A stretch of DNA of 64,000 bases from Lachnospiraceae bacterium UBA7199 (lineage in GTDB: Bacteria > Bacillota > Clostridia > Lachnospirales > Lachnospiraceae). The position numbers and the translations under genes are program-made. This document shows, one piece after another, positions 8,547-16,975 of this stretch. Under the pieces are notes generated by a model, which searched no databases, was not told where the DNA came from, and saw only the letters and a program-made list of their open reading frames with translations. Numbering within the stretch: the stretch's first letter is position 1; each line of letters opens with the position of its first letter. Where the stretch lies: assembly GCA_002490775.1 (NCBI GenBank), contig DKUR01000063.1, forward strand, positions 20,902-84,901, in the 5' to 3' direction.

Positions 8547-10013
8547 ATGCATACTTTATTGATCGTTGAAGATGAAAAAATGATACGTCAGGGGATCAAA
8601 ACTATGGTGCAAAGGAGTAAAGTCCCAGTGGACAATATTCTGGAATGCAATAATGGGGAGATGGCCCTTGAGATTTTGAAAATGCAGCATGTAGATGTAA
8701 TGTTTACAGATATTCGAATGCCTAAAATGGATGGAATCACATTGGTCAAGGCAATGCAGGATCTTCCCCATATTCCTCTTACTGTAGCTATAAGCGGCTA
8801 TGACGATTTTTCTTATGCAGTGGAATTGATGCGCATGGGAGTAAGGGAATACATTTTAAAGCCTTTAGATCGGGAAAAAATAAGGGAAGTGCTTGAAAAA
8901 CTAAATGCAGAAATCTTAAAAGGGCAGGAAAGCGCCAAATATGACAGGCATTTGGGAAAACAGCAGTTAAAGTATATTATATTAAATAAAAATCTTACTT
9001 CGGCAGAAAAAGAGCTTCTGGTGAAAATGTATGAAAATACTTATTTGACAAACAGCTATCAGATTGTCTTGAGCAACGAGTCAGGGGGGGTATTAGGTGA
9101 AAGTGAGGAAGAGGATTTTTATATTCATTTGAAATCAGTAGAAGAAAATGAGCTGTTTATTTCTGCAAGCGAAAATATTCCAATTCTCTTAAGAGATGAA
9201 CTGATAAACAGATATGTAGGGGTAAGTGCTGTCCATTCAGGTCTTGATACTTTAAGAGAAGCCTATGAGGAGGCTTATCTGGCAAGAAAGGAGGCTTTTT
9301 ATCTGGGCAAGCCGGTTAGCTTTTATCAGGAAATGCTCAGCAAAAAGGCCACACTGCATTTAGAAGAGGGGATGATTAGTCAGATTGTACAGCAGTTGGG
9401 GACAGATAAATATGAGGACGCCATCAGAGCGCTTTCCCGTATCTTAAAAAATGCCTCTCTTTTAGGGTATCCACCAGAAGAAATAGAAAACGGAATACAA
9501 ATATTGCTTGATGGTGTTTTAACTACCTATGCGAACATATTAAAAACAAAAAAAGAAGATATTGATGAATATTATACAATTTATGGATTTAATTGTTTAG
9601 CTGAATACGAAACAGAAATATTAGGCTGGCTTGAGAATTTTTGCAATACTTTGAACAGCCGGTTTGATGATTATAAAAATAAACAGAAAATTCAGCAGGC
9701 AATTGAATATATCAAAGAAAACTATGATAAAGATTTGAATATGGCGGTGGTATCAAACCATATTTCTATGAATTATTCGTTATTTTCTTATGTTTTCAAA
9801 CAATATGCCGGGAATAATTTCGTCAATTACTTAAAGGAAATCCGGATAGAGGAGGCAAAACGTCTGCTGGAAGAGACTGATATGAAGGTGATTGATGTGA
9901 GCAGCAGGGTAGGATATGAAAATGAAAAGCATTTTATGAAGACTTTTAAAGCATCCTGTGGGGTGTCTCCTACAGAATACCGGAAAAATATGCAGTTTAA
10001 AGGGAAGGTTTAA
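8547..10013 (+). CDS. YesN-family response regulator (REC + AraC HTH)
   Basis: LIVEDE, TDIRMPKMDG receiver domain; C-terminal AraC signature VGYENEKHFMKTFK...SPTEYR. Confidence 0.93.
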   Translation: MHTLLIVEDEKMIRQGIKTMVQRSKVPVDNILECNNGEMALEILKMQHVDVMFTDIRMPKMDGITLVKAMQDLPHIPLTVAISGYDDFSYAVELMRMGVREYILKPLDREKIREVLEKLNAEILKGQESAKYDRHLGKQQLKYIILNKNLTSAEKELLVKMYENTYLTNSYQIVLSNESGGVLGESEEEDFYIHLKSVEENELFISASENIPILLRDELINRYVGVSAVHSGLDTLREAYEEAYLARKEAFYLGKPVSFYQEMLSKKATLHLEEGMISQIVQQLGTDKYEDAIRALSRILKNASLLGYPPEEIENGIQILLDGVLTTYANILKTKKEDIDEYYTIYGFNCLAEYETEILGWLENFCNTLNSRFDDYKNKQKIQQAIEYIKENYDKDLNMAVVSNHISMNYSLFSYVFKQYAGNNFVNYLKEIRIEEAKRLLEETDMKVIDVSSRVGYENEKHFMKTFKASCGVSPTEYRKNMQFKGKV

Positions 10014-11917
10014 GACCTTCCCTCTTCTATTTTTTTACTTCGCTTTTGGACGTACATATTTAAATCAGCTTCACGAAACATTTCTGTTAAATCGGCATAA
10101 TTTTCAGGAATCTTAATCGCATATCCGCAACTGGTTTGTATTTGGTAATCCTTAGAATGGAGCTTGTTATAATTGTTCAGATATTTTGATACACGTTCCA
10201 TCAGTGAGGATGCTTTTTCTGGTGTATAATCGAAAGCTAATACCCAGAATTCATCGCCTCCCTGGCGAGAGCAAATGGCATTTTCATCTGTGGAATTTTC
10301 TAACGCATGTGCCAGTACCTGGATGGCAAAGTTTCCTTCTTCATGTCCGAAGGCGTCATTGATTGCTTTAAGGCTGTCTAAGTCAAACATAAAAGCACAA
10401 GCAGGGGTTTTATCTGCAATTGCTTTATTGACAGCCGGAGTGGAGGCAAGCTTAAATCCTTGTCTGTTTAATAATCCGGTCAATTCATCTTTTGTATAAA
10501 TATCTTCAAGACGTCCCACCAGTAATCCAAGGTTTTTCTTATCACATAATTCCATAAGCATATTGTTTACATTCATCAGCCAGGATAGGAAAAAGAAAGG
10601 GTAACCGGACTTTGAATTTTCCAGGGTAAGTGCAAGGTAGCCAAAATTTTTTTCTCCAAAAAACAAAGGAGTATAAATAAAAGAAGATGAACTGCTGTCA
10701 TATAGGTAATCCGGCAGGATATTACGTTTTGTAAAGGTACATTCGGGAAGTCTTTTTCCGTTTTTAATGGCGAGTTTTAACAGTACAGTATCAGAGCAGT
10801 GCGTCTCTTCTTCGGTAAATGTAATTTCTCGGATATGGCTGGAAATCCGATCCCAGTCTTCGTACAGGCATAGATAAAATTCTTTGCAGTCAGGCAGGGA
10901 AAGAGCAAATTCTGCAAGAAGCTCAATTCCCGTATCTAAGTCATCTACACATTGAAGATTTGCAGACATATGCATATTTAACAGCATATTTTGCTCCAAA
11001 GACATAATATGCTCGTCCAGTTTTCTTGTATAAAAATAAGAAGAAATGGGATGGGCCGCCGGACAGCCGCAGGATGTTCCATAGCTTGGAACAGCATATA
11101 CGGTTGTGACCGGTTCCACAGCTTCCCTGCGTATTAACTTGGCAAGCTGCAAAGCGGCCATTTTGCCTACCTCGTCGGAAGGAAATGTGACAGAGGTAAG
11201 AATAGGGGCTGTCATTTGCCCAAATTCAAGGGTGTCACAGCCGGTTATGGCAATCTGCTCAGGAATGCGCAGATCCCGTTCTTTTAACATTGTGATTACG
11301 GATAATGCAATTCTGTCATTATAGCAGACAATTGCATTAGGAAGCTGGTCAGCATCTAGGATCTGCTTCAAAGCAAGTTCAATGCTTTCTCTGGAATAAT
11401 CGCAGGCATAGATACAATCCTCAGCAGAAAGAGATAATTCTTTCAGTCCTTCAATAAAATACTGCTCACGCAGCATATTATTGTCCGCTTCCGAAAAGTT
11501 GCCAAGATAGTATATTTTTTTACAGTGATGCCTTTTTCCCAGATGGATAACAACATCCTTAACCGGTTTGTTATTTTCAAGAACGATTCTGGGATAGTCA
11601 GAAGGTTTTTGACTGATGTTGATCACCGGACAGGTAAAGCACTCCTTCAGCAGTTTAAAAAGCGCCTGTTTAAGGGATGGGAGGACGAAGGTGTCAGAGG
11701 CTATAATAATGCCGGCATAATCATCAGGTCTTGGAATATTTAAGATACTGAATTCACCTTTACCATAATCCCCTAAGTTTTCGCCATCGTTGGAGGCAAA
11801 AATTTCTACCAGATAACCGTATTCTGATGCCTTCTCAATAATGCCTGAGCATAGCCGGCTTTGATAATTTCCATAGATATGAGAAATAAAAACTCCGATT
11901 TTTTTTGCGCGATGCAT
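10010..11917 (-). CDS. diguanylate cyclase with N-terminal LacI-type sugar-binding domain
   Basis: N-terminal PBP1/LacI-like motifs (AIVCYND, IPEQIAITGCD, PILTSV); C-terminal DELTGLLNR, DLDSLKAINDAFGH, RQGGDEF; no HTH and no TM segment. Confidence 0.88.
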   Translation of the reverse strand: MHRAKKIGVFISHIYGNYQSRLCSGIIEKASEYGYLVEIFASNDGENLGDYGKGEFSILNIPRPDDYAGIIIASDTFVLPSLKQALFKLLKECFTCPVINISQKPSDYPRIVLENNKPVKDVVIHLGKRHHCKKIYYLGNFSEADNNMLREQYFIEGLKELSLSAEDCIYACDYSRESIELALKQILDADQLPNAIVCYNDRIALSVITMLKERDLRIPEQIAITGCDTLEFGQMTAPILTSVTFPSDEVGKMAALQLAKLIRREAVEPVTTVYAVPSYGTSCGCPAAHPISSYFYTRKLDEHIMSLEQNMLLNMHMSANLQCVDDLDTGIELLAEFALSLPDCKEFYLCLYEDWDRISSHIREITFTEEETHCSDTVLLKLAIKNGKRLPECTFTKRNILPDYLYDSSSSSFIYTPLFFGEKNFGYLALTLENSKSGYPFFFLSWLMNVNNMLMELCDKKNLGLLVGRLEDIYTKDELTGLLNRQGFKLASTPAVNKAIADKTPACAFMFDLDSLKAINDAFGHEEGNFAIQVLAHALENSTDENAICSRQGGDEFWVLAFDYTPEKASSLMERVSKYLNNYNKLHSKDYQIQTSCGYAIKIPENYADLTEMFREADLNMYVQKRSKKIEEGRS

Positions 11918-11942
11918 AGTTTACCTTTACCCTTTCCCTGCC

Positions 11943-13853
11943 TTATTCAGCAAGTGTTTCCCATTGGTCATATAATAAGGCCAGTTGTGTGTTCAATTCT
12001 TCCTGTTTTTTTGTCAGTTCCTGAAGCTTTGCCACATCAGTTGCAATTTCCGGCAGAGTCATTGCGGCTTCAATTTCAGAAAGTTTTCCTTCTAAGGAGG
12101 AAATGGATTCCTCACATTTCCTTAAATCATTTTCTTTCTTTCGCTGTTTGGCCTGTGCTTCTTTTTTGGCCTGCCAGTTCAGTTTAGTTTCGGAAACAGT
12201 TTCTTCTTTTTTAGGACCGGCAGTATTGGAGAGGGCGGAAACAGACAGATTTGCTTTCTTTTCCAGATAATAGTCGTAGTTTCCCAAATAATTGGTCAAC
12301 ATTCCGCCACTAAGATCCAAAATACGGCTTGCAGTTCGGTTAATAAAATAACGGTCATGGGAAACATAAAGGACAGTTCCCTCGTAGGCATTTAATGCAT
12401 CCTCAAGAATTTCTTTAGAGGTTATATCCAAATGGTTGGTAGGTTCGTCCAATATAAGAAAATTGGATTCGGAAAGCATCAATTTTGCCAGAGACATGCG
12501 TCCCCGTTCTCCGCCGCTTAAGTTGTCAATACGTTTAAATACATCATCACCAGTAAAAAGAAAGGCGGCAAGAGTATTTCGAATCTCTGTATTGGATAAA
12601 TAAGGGTAAGCATCCGATATTTCATCAAAAAGAGTTTTATCCATGTGTAAAACATGATGTTCCTGATCATAATAACCAATATGTACGTTGGTTCCAAGAA
12701 TGATCCGCCCTTTATCAGCGGGAATCAGATCATTTATGATCTTAAGGATCGTGGTTTTTCCGGTACCATTATCTCCAATAATGGCAACATGTTCGCCGCG
12801 TTTTATATCCATTTCTATATCAGTAAACAGCGTTTGGTTTCCGAAAGATTTGGATAATCCTTCTATGTGCAGCACATCATTTCCGCTGGTATATCTTGGG
12901 GTAAGTGTCATATGAATATCGGTGCGTGTCAGAGTGGGTTTGTCTAAAACTTCTATTTTACTTAGCATTTTTTCGCGGCTTTCCGCTCTTTTAATGGATT
13001 TTTCCCGATTAAAAGATTTTAACTTTTCAATGACTTCCTCCTGATGCTTAATTTCCTGCTGTTGCTTTAAATAAGCATTCATGGCGGCAGCACGAAGCTG
13101 TTCTTTTTTTATGGCATAATCGGAGTAATTGCCTGTAAAGGAAACTGCCTTTGTCTGGTCGATTTCAATTATTTTACCAGCAATACGATCCAGAAAATAG
13201 CGGTCATGAGATACAAGGAGCACAGCCCCTTTATAATTTAAAAGGTAAGTTTCCAGCCATGTAATAGAGTTTAAGTCCAGATGGTTGGTAGGCTCATCCA
13301 AAATAATGAGATCTGGTTTTTGCAGCAGGAGACGCCCTAGTGCAACACGGGTTTTCTGACCGCCTGATAGTGTGGAAATTTTTTTGGAAAATTCCGTCTC
13401 TTCAAAGCCTAACCCTTTCAGAACACCAACCACTTCGCTTTTATAGGCATATCCGTTTAAAAGATCAAAGGAATGAGTAAGACGGGCATAGGAATCCATT
13501 AAAGCATCAAGTTCAGCTCCCGTTACCAGCTTCATGTTAAACTCTATTTCACGGATTTTTTCTTCCATAGAAATGATATCCGCTTTAACAGAAAGAAGTT
13601 CGTCATAGATCGTATTTTCACTATCTACATCCTGATTCTGGGCAAGATAACCTATGGTCTTGTCTTTTGACAAAGTGACAATTCCTTCATCTGCCTGCAG
13701 TTGTCCTATAATGATTCGAAGTAAAGTAGTTTTTCCGGCACCGTTAATACCCACAATAGCAGCCTTGTCATAATCCTCAATATGAAAGGAAACGTTGCTG
13801 AGCACAGGCTGCTCGTTAAATGCTTTTGATATATTTTGACATGATAAAATCAT
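11943..13853 (-). CDS. ABC-F family ribosome-associated ATPase (YdiF-like)
   Basis: Two ABC domains (GINGAGKTT/LSGGQ/LDEPTNHLD; GDNGTGKTT/LSGGE/LDEPTNHLD), no TM, C-terminal coiled coil; adjacent to rex as B. subtilis ydiF is; start 13853 chosen from RBS spacing. Confidence 0.88.
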   Translation of the reverse strand: MILSCQNISKAFNEQPVLSNVSFHIEDYDKAAIVGINGAGKTTLLRIIIGQLQADEGIVTLSKDKTIGYLAQNQDVDSENTIYDELLSVKADIISMEEKIREIEFNMKLVTGAELDALMDSYARLTHSFDLLNGYAYKSEVVGVLKGLGFEETEFSKKISTLSGGQKTRVALGRLLLQKPDLIILDEPTNHLDLNSITWLETYLLNYKGAVLLVSHDRYFLDRIAGKIIEIDQTKAVSFTGNYSDYAIKKEQLRAAAMNAYLKQQQEIKHQEEVIEKLKSFNREKSIKRAESREKMLSKIEVLDKPTLTRTDIHMTLTPRYTSGNDVLHIEGLSKSFGNQTLFTDIEMDIKRGEHVAIIGDNGTGKTTILKIINDLIPADKGRIILGTNVHIGYYDQEHHVLHMDKTLFDEISDAYPYLSNTEIRNTLAAFLFTGDDVFKRIDNLSGGERGRMSLAKLMLSESNFLILDEPTNHLDITSKEILEDALNAYEGTVLYVSHDRYFINRTASRILDLSGGMLTNYLGNYDYYLEKKANLSVSALSNTAGPKKEETVSETKLNWQAKKEAQAKQRKKENDLRKCEESISSLEGKLSEIEAAMTLPEIATDVAKLQELTKKQEELNTQLALLYDQWETLAE

Positions 13854-13888
13854 TTTACACATCCTTAATGAAATATTCTCTCTTAGTT

Positions 13889-13917
13889 AGTTTACATACG
13901 ATAAAAGGGAATGTCAA
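13889..13917 (-). promoter_or_regulatory. sigma-A promoter for the ABC-F/GGDEF genes
   Basis: Minus strand TTGACA (13917-13912), 17-bp spacer, TAAACT (13894-13889). Confidence 0.65.
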
Positions 13918-13921
13918 TTGA

Positions 13922-13950
13922 TTGACATTATTTTAACAGTGTTATATAGT
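13922..13950 (+). promoter_or_regulatory. sigma-A promoter for rex
   Basis: TTGACA (13922-27), 17-bp spacer, TATAGT (13945-50). Confidence 0.75.
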
Positions 13951-13983
13951 ATTTTTATAATATAATTGCAGGAGGCAGTCCAA

Positions 13984-14628
13984 TTGGATAACAAGGAAAT
14001 ATCACAAGCCGTAATTGGACGGCTGCCAAGGTATTTTAGATTTTTAGGGGAATTAAAGGACGAAGGCATTGAGAGGATATCTTCCCAGGAACTTAGCGAT
14101 ATTATGAAAGTGACTGCATCCCAGATCCGTCAGGATTTTAATAATTTTGGCGGCTTTGGACAGCAGGGATATGGGTATAAAGTGGAGTATCTTTACGAAG
14201 AGATCGGAAAGATATTAGGTCTTGATAAGACGCATAATCTAATCATTATTGGAGCAGGAAATTTAGGGCAGGCATTGGCCAATTATATGAACTTTGAAAG
14301 AAGAGGGTTTCTTTTTAAGGGGATATTTGATAATAATCCTGACCTTTATGGAAAGAAGATTAGAAATATGGAAGTAAGGCCGATGGAGGAAATGGATGCT
14401 TTTGTAAAAGAAAATGGAATTGATATTGCAGTGCTTACCATTCCGAAGACAAGTGCAGTGCCGGTAGCGGAGCGATTGGTGCGTAACGGGATCAAGGGCA
14501 TTTGGAACTTTGCTCATGTGGATCTGAATGTACCTAAAGAGGTTCAGGTTGAAAATGTGCATTTATCGGACAGTGTAATGAAATTGGCTTACAATATCAA
14601 CAGATTTGAAAAAGGGGATCGTAGCTGA
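13984..14628 (+). CDS. rex: redox-sensing transcriptional repressor Rex
   Basis: RLPRY, ISSQELS, QIRQDF, FGQQGYGY, GAGNLG, GIWNFA; TTG start at 13984 after GGAGG. Confidence 0.96.
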   Translation: MDNKEISQAVIGRLPRYFRFLGELKDEGIERISSQELSDIMKVTASQIRQDFNNFGGFGQQGYGYKVEYLYEEIGKILGLDKTHNLIIIGAGNLGQALANYMNFERRGFLFKGIFDNNPDLYGKKIRNMEVRPMEEMDAFVKENGIDIAVLTIPKTSAVPVAERLVRNGIKGIWNFAHVDLNVPKEVQVENVHLSDSVMKLAYNINRFEKGDRS

Positions 14629-14661
14629 AGGAAAATTCAGTATATTTGGGGAGGCGTGCAT

Positions 14662-15300
14662 ATGTCAAGGACAGACGATATTTATGAACCTGCGTTGAAG
14701 GGAAAGAAGATACCGGTACTTACGTTGGATAATAAATGGCATCAGCTATTTACACAGGCCCGGGCAGATAAACGTATAAAGCGTCTGGAGGAAGAACTAA
14801 ATGAACTGCTAAAAAGGCAGGGAAAGGCTGTAACTGAAACAAAGGAAATAAAAAAGCTGAAAAAAAAGCTTATGAGTGAAATCATGGATAATGCAGTGGA
14901 AGCATCCGTAGAGAACAATCATAAGGCACAAAAAAAAGCAGATGAAAATAAGCGTCTGATCAATGATTGTAATGAAATGCTTGACAATTACAAGGATGAG
15001 CTTATAGAGATTCCTAAGGAAATTGATAAGGTAAATCATAAGTTGATGCTGCTTACTATGGAAGCCTGCTATGACAGACTGAAAAAAAATGAAAAAGAAA
15101 TTGAGGAAATATCCAAGTGGATTGCTGAAATTCGAATAGAATTAAAAGAAAAGCTGATTCGTAAGCAGGAAATGGAAATGGCAAGCCAAGAGCTTTATTC
15201 TTATATGCATGATATTTTTGGGGCTGATGTAATCAATATTTTTGATATGAAATATCAGGTCAAAGAAATAAAGGATGATGGAAATAAAAATGAAGTGTAG
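14662..15300 (+). CDS. hypothetical coiled-coil protein
   Basis: Long charged heptad-like region; GGAGG RBS; probably co-transcribed with rex. Confidence 0.75.
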   Translation: MSRTDDIYEPALKGKKIPVLTLDNKWHQLFTQARADKRIKRLEEELNELLKRQGKAVTETKEIKKLKKKLMSEIMDNAVEASVENNHKAQKKADENKRLINDCNEMLDNYKDELIEIPKEIDKVNHKLMLLTMEACYDRLKKNEKEIEEISKWIAEIRIELKEKLIRKQEMEMASQELYSYMHDIFGADVINIFDMKYQVKEIKDDGNKNEV

Positions 15301-15310
15301 AAAATAGGAA

Positions 15311-15349
15311 AAAGTGCGTCATGACCGAAGGAGGTATGGCGCATTTCTT
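15311..15349 (+). terminator. probable intrinsic terminator
   Basis: AAGTGCGTCAT...ATGGCGCATTT stem followed by CTT. Confidence 0.6.
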
Positions 15350-15403
15350 AACATAAATCCGAAGCGCAAAGCGCGAAGGATGTTGTTTAACATAAGTCCG
15401 AAG
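15350..15403. repeat. second locus of the 38-bp AACATAA-hairpin-GTTGTT element (one full unit plus one truncated unit)
   Basis: AACATAA ATCC GAA GCGC AAA GCGC GAA GGAT GTTGTT (15350-15387), then T, then AACATAAGTCCGAAG. Confidence 0.85.
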
Positions 15404-15431
15404 ACAGAAGCACTTTAGAATGGAGATGGAT

Positions 15432-16946
15432 ATGAAATACGCTGTAAAAGCCACAGAAATGAAAGCTTATGATGAGTATACCATAAACAAAATAGGAATT
15501 CCATCCTTGGTTTTAATGGAAAGAGCAGCCCTTTGCGTGGTTGCCCGGCTTTCAGAAAAATTAGGTAATACGCCGAAAAAAGTACTGATAGCAGCGGGAA
15601 CAGGAAATAATGGAGGTGACGGACTGGCAGTGGGACGTCTTTTGGCGCTTAAGGGACATAAGGTTGATTTTTTCATGGTAGGAAATCTGGATAAAATGAC
15701 AAGCGAAGCAGCAATCCAATTAAGGATTCTTAAAAATTTAGGGTTTTCCATCCAGAGCAAACTTGAAGATGCTGAATATGATATGGTAATAGATGCACTT
15801 TTGGGGATCGGCCTCTCAAGGGAGGTCTCAGGAGATTATGCGGATGCGGTAGAGAACATCAACCAATTAAAAAATAAGGGTGCTTACATATGTGGAGTGG
15901 ATATTCCATCAGGAATCTGTGCAGATACAGGCAGGGTGATGGGCTGCGCTGTCAGAGCGGATCTTACGGTGGCCTTTGCATTTGCAAAAAGAGGTCATCT
16001 TTTATATCCGGGAAAAGCATATAGTGGAAAGCTGGTTGTGGAGGATATCGGCATTTCGGAGAATGCTTTTTTGAATCAAAAGCCGACAGCTTTTTATTAT
16101 GAAAAGGAAGATTTGAAAGATTTGCTGCCTTACAGGAAGCCCGATGGAAATAAGGGGACTTTCGGGAAGATTCTTCTTATAGCCGGCAGTAAAGACATAA
16201 GCGGTGCCTGTTTTTTATGTGGAAACAGTATTTTGCGTTCAGGTGCTGGAATGGTGAAGATCGTTACGCCTGCCTGTAACAGGCAGACGATTCAGTTAAG
16301 CCTTCCAGAGGCTATGCTGCAGACCTATGAAGAGCATCCTGATGAAAGTAAAATAAGACAATTACTGAAATGGTGTGATGTGGTGGTGGCTGGTCCGGGA
16401 ATGGGAACAGATGAAAATGGATATACACTGATGAAGTGCATACTGGAGGAAAACTCTCTTCCTATGGTGCTTGATGCTGACGGATTAAATCTTATGGCGC
16501 TTCATGAAGATTTGATGGAGCTTGTGGCGAAGCGAAAACCTGCGCAGACGATAATTACACCTCATCCGGGAGAGCTAAACAGACTTTTAGGGACAGATAT
16601 GGATACATACAAAAGAGAAAGGGAACAATTGGTCCGTATGCTTTCCCATAAACTGCATTGCATTGTTGCAGCGAAGGATGCGGTCACTATAGTAGCCGAG
16701 GAGCAGAGGGAAGAAATTTATATAAACAGGTCTGGAAATGAGGGCATGGCAACAGCAGGAAGTGGTGATGTGCTTGCCGGAGTATTGGGCGCACTGCTTG
16801 GACAGGGAATGAAAGCATTTGATGCAGCTTGTCTTGCTGTGTACCTGCATGGGGCGGCCGGAGAGCAGGCAGGTGATGAAAATGGGCGCAGTGCAGTAGT
16901 GGCGTCTGATATAATAAAAAAACTTATGCAGATTATGAGAGGATAG
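15432..16946 (+). CDS. nnr: bifunctional NAD(P)H-hydrate epimerase/dehydratase (YjeF)
   Basis: LMERAA, GTGNNGGDG, DIPSG, LDADGL, TPHPGE, MATAGSGDVLAG. Confidence 0.94.
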   Translation: MKYAVKATEMKAYDEYTINKIGIPSLVLMERAALCVVARLSEKLGNTPKKVLIAAGTGNNGGDGLAVGRLLALKGHKVDFFMVGNLDKMTSEAAIQLRILKNLGFSIQSKLEDAEYDMVIDALLGIGLSREVSGDYADAVENINQLKNKGAYICGVDIPSGICADTGRVMGCAVRADLTVAFAFAKRGHLLYPGKAYSGKLVVEDIGISENAFLNQKPTAFYYEKEDLKDLLPYRKPDGNKGTFGKILLIAGSKDISGACFLCGNSILRSGAGMVKIVTPACNRQTIQLSLPEAMLQTYEEHPDESKIRQLLKWCDVVVAGPGMGTDENGYTLMKCILEENSLPMVLDADGLNLMALHEDLMELVAKRKPAQTIITPHPGELNRLLGTDMDTYKREREQLVRMLSHKLHCIVAAKDAVTIVAEEQREEIYINRSGNEGMATAGSGDVLAGVLGALLGQGMKAFDAACLAVYLHGAAGEQAGDENGRSAVVASDIIKKLMQIMRG

Positions 16947-16975
16947 TAAAATACTGCAGAGGGAAAGGCACGTAT

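Noticed and set aside
11943-13853. Antibiotic-resistance ABC-F
   Set aside because: Core position next to rex and no leader/attenuator region; consistent with a housekeeping YdiF-like factor
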